Shown: piece after piece, positions 1 to 12,792 of the stretch
Layout of the letters: each line of letters opens with the position of its first letter
Position numbering within the stretch: position 1 is the first letter of the stretch
Position numbers and translations under genes: made by a program
From: Takakia lepidozioides
Lineage: Eukaryota > Plantae > Bryophyta
Direction: 5' to 3'
NCBI GenBank assembly: GCA_030704615.1
Contig: CM060733.1
Coordinates: 49,166,001-49,230,000, forward strand
DNA length: 64,000 nucleotides
The notes under the pieces: model-generated
Database searches by the model: none
Told to the model about the DNA's origin: nothing
What the model saw: the letters and a program-made list of their open reading frames with translations, nothing else

Positions 1-2607
1 ACAAAGCCGATGCTCTTGAAAAGGGCAGAGATCTTAGGTGATCAGTCAACTACTAACAGCCTGCACGCCAAGCATCCCAGGCAAGATGTAGGGCATCGAC
101 TTTGGATGATGCTTGACATGTGACAACTGGGCACCGATACATAGCAGCATCAGAGTTAGGGTTGCCACACTCAACGACCCTTCCAGACTCTTCCGAGAAA
201 TGACCCCGCTGTCGCTTGTAAGTGATCAGGAAAGTCTCAAGATTCATCGGCTTGAAGTAGAAAAGTTCATCCACATTCCGAAGGCTGGTGATGTCTATCT
301 TCACAGTTGGTCTTGTCAGCCACCTAGCAAGGATTGAGGGGTACTCCAGAACAATTTCAAGGGAATAGTCAAGCCCATCATCTAAGGAGTCTGCATTGTC
401 TTGGAGCAGCGTCCAATTGGCACCTACTGGTCGACAGCCCTTTATGTATATTTTCCTATCCTTGGGATTATACAGACTTCTGAGGATACACAAGCAAATT
501 TTCAACAGAAAACCCAGCTGGTGTAATCTTCAAGTGCGCTCCCACTTTGCAATACCCTGGTTGCTTGCTTGGGCGGCGTGCACTTGAGCGAGGATTTGCT
601 TTGAACGCCACTAGCCATTGTCCCTCTGGAACCATGGTAAATTTACTCTCCTCCCTCCAGTTTATGACATGTGGTCCTCAAGTCCCATCACAAGGCTCAC
701 GATAATCCAACCTAGACTGCTGCTTCTGCTGTGGAAGCTGATTCAACTGAAAGATCTGTGTTTAAGATGCTGTAATCATCCAGTCCACGGAGAGCAGGGT
801 AATGAAACACACTGGCCCGGATTCTCGATCGAACGAGGTTAGGTTCATAGTTCATACCTTTCCATCACTGGGGGAGAAGAACATACCAACAGCCATCAAT
901 GTAGCAGGATTTGACCCCAGAATCATCTGGATGGCACATATTCTATAAACTAGTGGAGGCACATCTGCCACATTTGGGTATTTTCTGGGGTAGGTACATC
1001 AGGATCTTCGTTCTTTTCATTATCGATGCGTGGTCTCCTCTTGAGGGAGGAGCCAATATCTGGCTGTTCCCATAGACTGATCTCACAGGCAATCCATGAA
1101 TGCAACGAGGAATGGATGAATTTCATCTCACATATAGACAATTAGGTCGTGGTTGACCATGCATATTTTAATATACAGTTTTATTCTCTACATAATTAAA
1201 TATTGCACCGCGCACAGCTGTGCTAGTGGATGCAAACTGAAGCAGCGCCGTGTGGCTACGACCCCACCACACCCCTCTTTGTGCACACGCTCACGCCTGG
1301 ACCCCTGGGTCCCAACGGTTCCACCAATCAGCGTGCGCCCAAGTGGCGCAAGCCTCCACAGTCCACACCCCAGGATTCGATTCCCGCTCCCACCACAGTG
1401 GGCCAGATGCAGTGTATGCGTGTTTAGTAACTACCAGCTACAAGTGGTAAGGATCTCTGCTACTAGAGTAGGTGCTGGCTTAACATAGCTACGTCTCGTG
1501 GCTACTCACAGGGTGCTTCCAACATTGCTTTTCATTTTAACTCTAGGTCATTATAATCTTGGTCTAACTAGGGTTAAATTTTGCCCACACGCAAACACAA
1601 AGGTTCCCCCGCGATTGTATTGCTGCCTTATTATGGACCTTCATTTTTTTAATTTTTTTCTTTTAATTCGATTAGCTGTCCCTTTCGATTTTCAAGAAAA
1701 AATAAAAAAGTAAAAAACCTAGATAGGATACATCCCCTAGGTTTAAAAATGGGGACTAGATAATGTACAAGTGGGATTTGACTCGATGCCTCAGTGAAGC
1801 AAAGATTGACACTATATCTTTACCCCTTTCTTAATTCTCCCCTTCATTAATAATGAATATTATAATAAATAAATATTCAAGCCTTTTGCTTCTTAAAATG
1901 AGATAATTTTATCCAGGGCCTATGTCCCCCTGTTCACAAAATAAAAATAAAAATAAAAGTTATTCTTAAAGTCAGGCCCATTTTGGTCCCCACTTTGGAC
2001 CTCTAACTCGTGTTTCATCGAGTGCAAACATAAAGCCAACAAGGTTGGGCACGAGTTTGCCAAATTGGGCATGAGTCCTACTCGTTGACATGATCTCGCA
2101 GCTTCTTGCACCCTTGCTCGCCGTCACGGGCCGTGTAGCTCGGCCAAACCCAACCTGGGTATTTGACCCCAGCTCTGGTGAGAAAACTAGTTTCATCCCG
2201 TGTTTTTTTTCTTTGTATGAGTTTGTTCCCAGTTTGTTAACTCATCTTCACTTTTGGCCAACTCGGGTACTTGTCCCCGTTTTTGGCACTTTACGGATAA
2301 TTTTATTGAGTTACATATATGTACATATATATCTACCAGGGAACAATTTAAACCATATCCATCATCATTTAAGACAATAGGAATAATATAAGAACTTAAT
2401 GGATGTGTGTGATCTGGCAATACTTTCACCGGATTCCCGCAACCTGGGCTCCTCCCCTGTCAAATCCTCCCTAGCCCCTCTTACCTGGTTTCACTATTAA
2501 ATATAGGAATCGCAGTGGGTAGCAAGCTGTGGTGGGTAAGGTGATGGTAAGGTGATAGCATTGCAGGCGGCGAGGTTCGAGGCTTGATTCTTGATGGGAG
2601 TCTTGAA

Positions 2608-2860
2608 GTGTAACCCCAATCGATGTAACCCTCCAATTGGTGTAACCCTCTGTAACCGATTTCTCATAACTTTGCTTAGACCATTTTATACTTAGCCACA
2701 TTTGGACTTAGTCAAATTTCGAGACCAAGTGTGGGTTACACCAACTGGAGTTACACTCCATCCTGTGTAACCTCGAGTGGAGTTACACACCTCGTCGTGT
2801 AACCCGATGTAATCCCAAGTGGAGTTACACGCCTCGTCGTGTAACCTGGAGTTGACACTC
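2608..2860. repeat. Cluster of direct and inverted GTTACAC/GTGTAAC motifs (TE-subterminal-like)
   Basis: TGTAACC and GAGTTACAC recur many times. The unit GTGGAGTTACAC(A/G)CCTCGTCGTGTAACC occurs at ~2777 and ~2819. Confidence 0.55.
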
Positions 2861-4742
2861 CTTCAGTTCCATGTCACTCTCAAGAGGGGGTGGAGAAGAT
2901 TTGACATGCCGAAACCGGCATACCATCCTGTCAGAGGTTGCACGTGTGCATTAAGTTCTTACATTATTCCTATTATCTTCCCATCGAAATGATGGAATTA
3001 ACTAATTATTCTTCGCTTAAAGTGGTCGGGAGTAGGTTGATTTTATCCATGTCGACGTTCATCCATAGTTAAGGATAGGGAGCGCCGCCGGATCGCAGCC
3101 GGCATCAACCGCCGTGGCCCGCACGACGGGCCCGCCACCGTACGAAATTTTCATGCGGAAGATTCCGGGGCCCGCTATTTGGGAAGGGGGGTGGGCAGGT
3201 TAGGGTTGGGTTACGGGTGTGGTCGGCACATTTCCTGGAATATTCGACTCGGGTAGCGTGTGGCGCGACTTTGCGGGACCGGAAGGCGCGGATGGGTGAG
3301 GTGGCAGGGAGGGGAGTCAAAGCTGCCGGGTTTCGCTCGCCGACGAAGGGCGCATCACGGCCACGTGCTCACTTATTCGTCGTTGCATTTTCCGGCGGTT
3401 TGAAACCCGGCGATGAGGCGGGTCAATGTGAAAAGCGTGGGGGAACCTCTCTCTACGACCACCCACTTCCCCTTCTTTTTCTTCTTGTCACCAGAGGTGG
3501 TACAGCTGTCCGGGTGAAACGATGGCGGGAGATGAAGGTAGTGGCGCAGTTTTACTGCGGGATAATTTTGTGGAAAGATATGTGCACAGGCTTTGTGGTG
3601 CAGGAGCAATCGGACTCTCAAAACAAGACTCTAAGATCTGCCTCGCGGTCTCTCTCGATTGAGAAGGAGGTGCAGCGGAATTGTGGAGAGGAGTTGTTGT
3701 CGACGAGAAAGAGATTGGAGGAGAAGCATGTCGGGAGTGGCAAGTTGCGGAAGTGTAGCTGCGGGCAGAGAAGAGATGGGAGGGGAGATTGCCTCCCGAA
3801 CAGGGAGAGACGCGGTCCTGGCAGATGAGAAAGATTGGGGTGTTTTCCTCTGACACTTAGTTAGTGCCCGCTGTGCTCGGAGTTCCCATCACACGCTGGT
3901 AACCTTCCTTCACTAGAATGAGATGGAGGAGTGGTGCCTTTGACGCCGTTGATAGTGTCCAGTCATGGAATTGAACCTCGTCTGGGTTCGCGTGCCAACA
4001 TTGCTTTGCTCATCCATTGGTCTGTCATTTTGGTCATGCTTTTCTTTGGATTCTTAGCGCCATCTTTTGTTTTGGTTTGGTTTGGAGTGTACTCTTTTTG
4101 CATGGCACATTTCAGAGGAATCTGTTAGGCTTTGTTTGCAGCTTGCGAGAGTTTGCAAATGAAGCTCATTGACAGTGATTGAATTGTCCATCGAGGATAA
4201 AGACTCCATTGAAAAATTAGCTTGAGGATTATCATTTAGCGTGTAGTTAGTCTTTAGAAAATATCTCCTACTTTCAGCGGACAATGACAATTAGTCTCCC
4301 TGAAATTATGACTGTAGTCATGTGAACTGGGCCTGGCTGTAGTGAGCCTTCCGCTACTTCGTTTCACGACACGTCCAATCCAGGAGTGTGTTTTGTTTTT
4401 GGTACAATGGACGTTAAATGCTGTGATTCATGTTAGCGGAGAACTTTCGAAGTCTGGTACAGCCAGCAGGTTTGGGAGAGATATGTGTTGCTTATTCCCT
4501 ACCCCCAGGTGTTAGCAGAATGAGGCCTTATTGTTTAGCCTAGGAATCTTCTTTGTCTCCTTAAAGCAGCACCGAATTGGGGCCCGTGCACTTACACTAC
4601 ATGTGCCATATCAGTGCTATATCAGTCACCCATAACCTGTATAGTAAGAAACCATCACCTGCAATGTTGTTCACAGTCATCATTTCATGTCCATTCTAAA
4701 CTTCTCTGCGTATGTGCCATTGCAGGCTACTGGAGTCACCAA

Positions 4743-5339
4743 ATGAACAAACCAATGAAGTTTAGCTTACGGCATCTCTCCAAAATTTTCTCTTGGCACA
4801 AACAGCCAAGAGCATCCCTTGGGATAATGGGCGGGTGGCAGGAACTGCACTCACCAACGAAGGAGTTGGCAGCTGCTACAGAGCTCACTGGGTTCGAGGG
4901 AGAGAGTAACCTCTCTTACATTAGCCTGCGGGACCTTATGCCCTCAGGCAGACCCTCGAAGCGGAAAAGGGAAAGCCTGACAGGCGAGAGAGCACAGGAG
5001 GAGGAAGATGACCTGAACTGGTCAGGTGGCAGGCGGCCTCCAATTAAGAACCGCCTTGTGGAGCAAGCTGCTCGTGCCTATCTGCTTCCTTCAGGGGGTC
5101 AAAGACCTGCCCCTAATCAGTTCTTTGCCCGTTATTGGTCGCAGCTTACTGTTGGCCGCAAACCTTGCGCAGGTCTGATCTGTGATGACCTGCATGCACC
5201 CCCCAGGGGATGCATAAGAGGGTGTGTTAATGGTTGCTTGAGCTGCCTTCCCAGTTTGCTATGGTTGGATTTGACCCATGCCTTTTGGTGCCTGTTCAGC
5301 CACCTACGGCCCCAGTCCATGAGCCTTTTACGAGCTTAG
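4743..5339 (+). CDS. Small plant-specific uncharacterised protein (SY(I/T)SL(R/K)DL...IKNxLVxQAAxAYL family)
   Basis: Within ORF 4614..5339, with an in-frame ATG at 4743 just after a TGCAG acceptor (4721-4725). Motifs LSYISLRDLMP and PIKNRLVEQAARAYLLP recall a conserved land-plant expressed-protein family. Confidence 0.65.
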   Translation: MNKPMKFSLRHLSKIFSWHKQPRASLGIMGGWQELHSPTKELAAATELTGFEGESNLSYISLRDLMPSGRPSKRKRESLTGERAQEEEDDLNWSGGRRPPIKNRLVEQAARAYLLPSGGQRPAPNQFFARYWSQLTVGRKPCAGLICDDLHAPPRGCIRGCVNGCLSCLPSLLWLDLTHAFWCLFSHLRPQSMSLLRA

Positions 5340-6462
5340 GGTACTGAATTGGGTCTCAGTGGGCACCTTATGGTCAAGAGGTGAGCTGAGGTTGTCTGGG
5401 GTATCCCATGCAGTCTGACACTTTGGTGACATTAAGTTACTACTTGTGGGGTCTTTTGGCTACCTCGCCTTAACAGTGTATACTGAGCTTATGGAGGAAG
5501 GGTCGGTGGAGGGAGTTCGTGACTGCTGGAGATTGGGTGTCTCCTTCACGGTTTGGAATGGTACTTCAGAATGTGACATATGGGACAGCACAGGAATGGG
5601 TTTGTACTATCATTTGTTCTATTAAGGCCATGAGTGGCACTACATGAGAGTACGAAGAGAGAGTGGCTTACTTAACCTTGTGATATATGGAACTAAGCCT
5701 CTAGTGTCATGGCATAAAAGAGCTGTGAGATTCTTGGGTTCAAGTTCTCGAGAGGGTGACATGGTTTGAGTCTGAGACTGATCCTATCATCGTAGAAGAG
5801 AGTTTGTGCATGGTGTGAAGAGAAGGAGGGACGCAAGGAATATGTGCACAACACAGACTTTTCTGCGAGCTAGAGAGAATTATTTTGCAGCTTAATAATA
5901 TAGCTGTTCTGCGCGGATGACGATCAAATCCAATAATGGTTGATACCCAAAGGGTCCTTCACTTTCAATACTGTTCCCAGTACCCTCATGTTTTATGAAG
6001 CAATGAATTGAGTTCTGTTCAGTTAGAGCACACAGTGAGCTACTATTCCTTGTCTGTGCTACCTGTAGTTTGCAATCCCCCTTGGCTGGTGGTTGATTCC
6101 TTCCTCTCTTATTGTCATTCGCCATTCACAATCATGCATGCACTGGGGCTTTGTCTTGCCCATGGACCAAAGTGGAGCACCTACCTCTCGTATGTAGATG
6201 TTGCTAAACACTGAACTGTCTATCTTCCTCCTAGCCCTTGGTTTGATGCCTAGGTTGATACGCTCATGGTGTTTAGTCTATGGCCTTCTCTCTACCCCAA
6301 GAGTGGGGAAAGAGAGAAGGAGAAGGTTGCCTTCGTCAAGCTCCACTGAAGAAGACTTCGGCTCACACCAGGTTAAACTGCATAGCTGAAAAGCTACTTA
6401 AACACAATGCTCTTCGAGTGAACGGCCTACATTGTGACTGCTCCTCTGATTTCTTGTGAGCG

Positions 6463-7146
6463 TTACTGGTCGGTGCTAATCTCTGAACCTGAAAAATCAA
6501 TCTCCATTGTTTCTGGTCTTGGATTGCCACTGGGTGGAAACTGGATCCAACGTGAAAGTTTAGATTCTCTCTGTAGGCACTCTTTGGCGATGGTTCTACG
6601 AACAAAAATCTCAAGAGGGACACCGTGCAGCAGCGTTGCCGCCAGCGGGCGGTCTGGGCAATTCATCAGTGTGAGTGAACGACTGCTAAGCTTTCCTGAT
6701 TTGAGTCGAGTTGCACACTGTTCTCTCAAAAGTTCCACGAGTAATTGCTCCTCGCTGGCCGAGTGAACCACTCCTTTCAGTATATGAGCGAGTGTACAAC
6801 CGTGAAAAAGACGAGGAACCCACTTATCAAGGCTGAAAGGGTATTCGTCTCCAGTGCAGAGTTGGCCATTCTGGTTCAGTGTTTTGTTTGCAATGGCATA
6901 GCATCTTGCAAGGTATGTGCCGAAAGTCTCCAGATGCTGCTTTGGGTTCGCAAACCCAGATAACCAAATCAGCAGCCTTCTGCGGCGGTAAGCCCATATG
7001 TCTGCCTTGTCGGCCATCATCAGTTGAGGGTGTCCCTCCCAGTCTGGCTCGGAAGCACAGACTGATTTATGATCAGATTTGTCCACGATTGCCGCGATAT
7101 GACATCTTGGGATATCTTGGGATGCTTTGCTACCTTTGTTTGGCAT
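6463..7146 (-). other. Orphan 227-aa ORF of unknown origin (possibly TE-derived or degenerate)
   Basis: ATG-initiated ORF with globular-looking composition. No family recognised. Confidence 0.25.
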
Positions 7147-8494
7147 TCAGTCAGGAGAATCATATGTCGAGTCTAATCATCGTATGTATCCAGTGAGCCC
7201 TTCCTTCTCTTGAAGATTATCAAAATGTTTTCATTTCAAGATCCGTGTGCCTCTCCCTCTCTCTCATGGATTTCGTTTCCTGAGTGCATGCATGATTCCA
7301 TATCCCAAAAGCAGTCAGCGTGTCACGAAAACGAAGAGGTATATATGAACTTTGCAGAGATGAAGAGGTATAACAAACATGAAGAGGTATAACGTTTGAA
7401 GAGGCGGAAAGGTTCTTTGCAGGCGACATGCCTATTGAATGGACGAGGACAAACTGATTGAATGCAGACAATATCATTCTTCGTGCTCTTGAATGCTTCT
7501 GGATGTGTCTCGCAAACATTGACATTCCATGACAAATAGCTCGTTCAAACTCGAGTATAGCAAGCAGATATGGTACATTGTGCATTCCAACATGGGAACT
7601 ACAGGAGACCCACGATTCATATTGCGTTCGTCTTATTGGCTCATCCGCGTTTACTAAATGCATGTGACCCTTTTTCTCCGGCTCAGATTCTTCAGAGTTT
7701 TTGGGTTTTAAAAATTGGGTCTGTCAATGTGCTCAGGCAAACGGTGAGAAGTCTTGAAATGTTAGCTGGGTACCATGATGAATGGAAAAATGTTTCCTAA
7801 ATTTACATGATTGTTTTTTAAAAAGAATGCCCAAGGGAGGCCGAGTGGGATTAGCTTGGGATGAAGACACACCATAATCCATGCTTGCTTCTGTTTGAAG
7901 GACCCATTGTAATAGAAAGAAAATCTACTTAGAACATTTTATGGAACCAAGGTTTACCCATTTGACTCCAGCATGACCCCAATAGGTATTACCCCAGTAA
8001 GTAGTCCCAGAAGACTCGCAAGTTTGTTTCATCACTGTGTTTTGCCTCTGTTTTTGCTTATAGAAGGGGCACATCCAGGACTCACACTCGGAGCCCCTTA
8101 ATTACAGGGAGAGATGAAAACCTCTGCCATGAGCAAGAGACTGGGCACTGCACAGGGAAGGGGTCAGGGAATATAATACCACACGCGGCAAGGTAGCAGG
8201 ATTTTGGGTGGCACATAGTACACTATCCAACTGAGCTACCATCCTTGGCCAGCTCTGTTGTCTACAAATGTACCATAGGGTAGGTGCCCCCCAAGATCAC
8301 GGGCAGGGCAAAATCACACTGAGCAATATTTCCTGTGTCCAACTGTCTCATTCGCCAGGGATACTTCTCACCTGATCAAACCACCCTGGTATTTTCCAGT
8401 GGGCCTTTGCCATTATCTCACTCATAGAACCAGCAAGGGATCATTATACGTTAAAGTGAAAGTCATCAAGAGACATGCCTTACAAGGTCAACAT

Positions 8495-10805
8495 TCACCA
8501 GTACTCCCCACAGGAGCAAACCCCATCTTCAAAGTTGTGAAAGCGATTGCCATCCCGCACAACGATTGCTCGCCCAACAATCTTCGAGATGAGCTTGGTG
8601 GCCATGTGGCAGTCACCACACACCCGAAGGTTCTTGATAACACAGAGAGGCGTCCCAGGGGCCGTGCTGATCAGCCCAAAAGCGATGGCCAGCTTCTCAC
8701 TGTGATGGCAAAGAGAAATTTCCTTTTGCTCCTCCACGTCATGCAATACAAAGCGTGTGTCAGGCACATACCCTGCCTCCTTCATCAGCCCAGACAATCT
8801 TCTCAGCTCAGCATGAATTTCCTCTATTTGTGGATGCGAACAAAGGTGTGCACCCCATCGCCGACCTCAATGTAGCAGTGACCTGGCTCTTTGGTGACAC
8901 CTCTGACCTTCATCATTTTTCTCACCTTTGCAGTATCATCCCACCTGCCAGCTGCAGCATAGATGTTCGACAGCGACACATAAGTTCCCGCATCCTGTGG
9001 ATCCCACTTGAGAATACATTTTGCTGCACGTTCTGCCACCTCCACATTGCCATGAATTTTGCAGGCACCAAGCAAGGCCTTCCACACTACAGCATCTGGT
9101 TTGCTTGGCATTTTGCTGGTAAAATCCTCTGCCTCATCCAGTCGCCCCACACGGCCAAGAAGGTCCACCATGCAGCCAAAGTGCTCTGCTGCAGGAGTAA
9201 GGTTATGATCTTTACTAAGGGATTCAAAGTAGTGTCTGCCTTCATCCACTAGGCCAACATGGCTGCATGCAGAGAGAACACATACAAAGGTGATATTGTC
9301 CGGCTTCAAGCCTTCCATTTGCATTCCTTCAAATAGTTGCAGGGCTTCCCTAGAACATCCATGCTGGGCATATCCTGCCATCATAGCACTCCATGACACC
9401 ACATCTCGTTCAGCCATATTGTCAAACACTTCCTTGGCATCCTTGATGCTCCCGCATTTGGCATACATGTCCATGAGGGTGTTGTCAAGAATGGTATTTG
9501 GTTGAATTCCAGCTTTCATGATGTCTGCATGTACCTTTTTGCCCTTTTCCAGGGCTGCCAGACTCGCACACGCATTGCAAACACAAACATATGTAATCGG
9601 GTTCGGCTTCACCCCTTCCCGCATCATTTGCTCATAGGTCTGCAAAGCCTCCAGCCCACTCCCATGCTGGGTATATCCTGCAATCATCGCACTCCATGAA
9701 ACCACATCTCGTTCAGCCATATTGTCAAACACTCCTCTTGCATCCTTGATGCTCCCGCATTTTGCATACATGTCCACAAGGGCAGTATCCAGAATGATAT
9801 TTGGTACAATCCCAGCTTTCATGATATCACAGTGGACCTCTTTCCCCTTCTGCAGTGCTCTCAGGCTTGCACATGCATTGCAAATGCAAACGAACGTGAC
9901 CAGGTCTGGCTTCACCCCATCCCCCATCATTAGTTCATAGGTCTCCATAGCCTCCATCCCACGCCCATCCTTGGTATACCCTGCAATCATCGCACTCCAC
10001 GAGACCACATTTCGTTCAGCCATATTGTTGAACACTGCCTGTGCATCTTTGATGCTGCCGCATTTGCAATACATGTCCATGAGGGTAGTGTCCAGAATGG
10101 CATCTGGAACAATTCCAGCTTTCATCATGTCAGCATGGACCTCTTTGCCCTTTTCCAGCGCTGTCAGGCAGGAACATGCCTTCAGAATGCAAGTGAATGA
10201 AACCTGGTTGGGCTTCACCCCTTCCTGTATCATTTGCTGATAGGTCTCTATAGCTTTTCTACTATACCCCTGCTTGAAATATCCTGCCATCATTATATTC
10301 CATGAATAAATATTTTGTTCAGTCATTTTGTCAAACACTCGGTGTGCATCCATGATGCTCCCACACTTGACATACATGTGTTGTGTAGAAACACATTTGC
10401 CTTGAATCGACTTTGGATAATGTGGGCATGCACCTGCTTTCCTGCTGCTAGGCCATTCATCTTCATGCACTTATCCAACAGACAGACATAGGTAGTTAAG
10501 TCTGCCAAAATGCCTCCATGCTCCAAAATATGCAGAGCCTCGTTCAGTTGTCCTGCCTCACATAGTGTCCTCACATGTCCACAACCACCAGAAGCGATCT
10601 TATACACTCCCTTTCTTGGTCCTCTTTCGGAAACGGTGGTCATGGAGGAGGTATGTGACTTTATCAAGTGTACTGCTGCTTCTGCTTCCAGTTCACCATC
10701 TACACATGCAGCCTTGTGGCTATCAATCCATAGTTGCTCTTTGGTACTCGTGGGCTTGAGATCTGGCCCTCTTGGATGGATCTGGACCCACGACCTAAAA
10801 TGCAT
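8495..10805 (-). pseudogene. PLS-class PPR-E-DYW RNA-editing factor with two frameshifts
   Basis: PLS triplets with 303-bp period (MYxKCGSIxDA..VFDNMAERDVVSWSAMIAGY), E domain, PG box [10 protein letters not shown], and DYW deaminase HHSEKLA...CGDCH...CSCGEYW. It is split over three frames (10805-~10378, ~10377-~8840, ~8840-8495). Confidence 0.9.
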
Positions 10806-11852
10806 CTAGCAAACACCCCAACCCTACTTACCACACACTACTTACTGATAAGGCTGAAATGCTGAGAAGTGCTTAAAAATGTGTTAGAGGAAAGACGGAG
10901 GAAGACAATTTGCAAGTAAGTTTTTCAATCCAGCTAAACACATTCTCCTAAGACAAAGCTGGTTACCTTCACTGGGGTTGCAGGTAAATATCCAAGAACT
11001 GAAAGTAAGGAGAAGCTTTGGAATGAATATTGTTATACCCCAATCAATGGTGGGACAATCGAGGCAGGCAGGCAGGTGAATGTCCTTCTGGGCCAACTTA
11101 GGAAGAACAACCACTTATACCACCAGAGGAGTCACTTTTGTACAACAGACAACATCCTCCACATCATACATGAAGAAAGCCGCACCTTGCCAATGCGGTT
11201 GTCCTGCCATTGTGAAGGATATTCAAAGAACTCTTGCCACCGCTCGTCCATGCTCCATGGTTGACCTTCATGCCAGAAACTCCAAAGGCATCAAGGAATG
11301 CTAGTTTAGCTTCTGACAATATCCATGTGAGTCAATCTCAGCTCTATGTGAAGTATTATAACAGACAAGCTCCTAACAAGGCTCATTGCACGTCATAGTC
11401 ACCTTCATCTTCAAGCTTCGAAGGAGCTACACCATCCACACCAGCATTACAACCGCACTTTGATATGCTTGCACCATCACCCGACTGTTCTCGGCATTGC
11501 GTCATAGCAATTAGCTTTTCTTTCACCCAAGAAGGATTCAACCAACCCTCAATCCACAGGACCTCCCGTGTGAACTGCTTATGTCTGTAGTCTGGAGATT
11601 TTGGATTGGTCTGTGAAAACAACAAGGGTGCATCAGAGCAGCATAAGCTTTAACCACAGCTTCCTAAGACTACAGAACCATCAACCCTCCCAAGCAACTT
11701 GCAAACTCCGGGGGAAAACCATTGCACAGCCCTGTTTAGGAAGAACAACCTAAAGAGACTCTCTTGCATAACAAATCTAAATTCTGCTGGCGGAGTCCTC
11801 CATGCACGGTTAGGCTTGTGGAGAGATGGCGACTCTCCCCCAAACAGTAAAA

Positions 11853-11857
<5 letters not shown>

Positions 11858-11889
<32 letters not shown>
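11858..11889. repeat. Poly(T) run, 32 nt
   Basis: Read directly from the sequence. Confidence 0.9.
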
Positions 11890-11890
<1 letters not shown>

Positions 11891-12744
11891 TTGGTTTTGC
11901 TTCCTTGCTTGCTTTGGCATTCTCTGCGCTTAGATTGAAGTGTATTTGACCTCGATAGCAAGTGTGGAAGTCTGCTACTCACCTCGAGCATCCTCACTAA
12001 CTCACAATGCATTGTGGTTGTTTTTGGGACGGGGGAGAGGTGAGGGCTTCCACTTAATATTCTAATGTCTAGGTGCTGCTGGATGCCAAGTGGGATTGCA
12101 GAGCAGGGGAAGGAATCGCTTGCCTGTACCGTCTCGGTAGGCAGGGAGACCATGAAGGGAAGTGTACTCCGTACTCTGTGCTAGGGATTCATCTTAAAAT
12201 GTTGAAAAACTAAACTACTCTATGGTTTTTCTCAATCCTACCTCTTTCCTTACTTGATTTTTGAAGAACAAGTGTAATGCTTTCTACGATAGGCTAGTTC
12301 GGCCCAGCCAGTGGAAAACCTCTGTTATATGGTGACAACCTAATTTATGATGGCGTGTGTGAGAGACACGCATCTGTTTTCCAAGCCCTAGTTTGCTTTG
12401 CTTACCTTATGGTAGTTGGAAACAAAGTGAGAGGCTACAAGGAAATGGTTGCTGCAGCTACTCGGCTACCTCTGTTGGTAAAAGGCCCTTGTTATGTTCC
12501 AACCCAGATGGCTTTGTTAGCTAGATGCTTAGGCCAGGGTATGATGAAGTTTCTATCTATGGCTATTCGTCTGACACTGAAATATGGCAGTAATATAAAT
12601 GGTAACTGGTTTTTGAGGCAGCCAGGGTGGTCAAGTGGAAATACCCCCTGGACATGGTGTAATGACATGGTCAAATGTGGAATGATGTGAAGGGTATACT
12701 AACAATATCATATAACTGTCACATAATGTGTATGCAGTCCTTTA

Positions 12745-12792
12745 TATTTACCTTGTTGTGTCATGAGCTATTTACCTTGTTGTGTCATGAGC
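12745..12792. repeat. 24-bp tandem duplication
   Basis: TATTTACCTTGTTGTGTCATGAGC x2. Confidence 0.85.

Noticed and set aside
1330-1395. tRNA gene or SINE (GGATTCGATTCCC B-box-like)
   Set aside because: No convincing cloverleaf, A-box spacing, tail or TSD.
3217-3828. 203-aa ORF
   Set aside because: It has a GTG start, lies in GC- and purine-rich promoter or 5' UTR-like sequence, and has no recognisable domain.
8495-8900. U-to-C editing (DYW:KP) class deaminase
   Set aside because: It has a PG-type box, HSE and a terminal EYW, matching the canonical C-to-U class.
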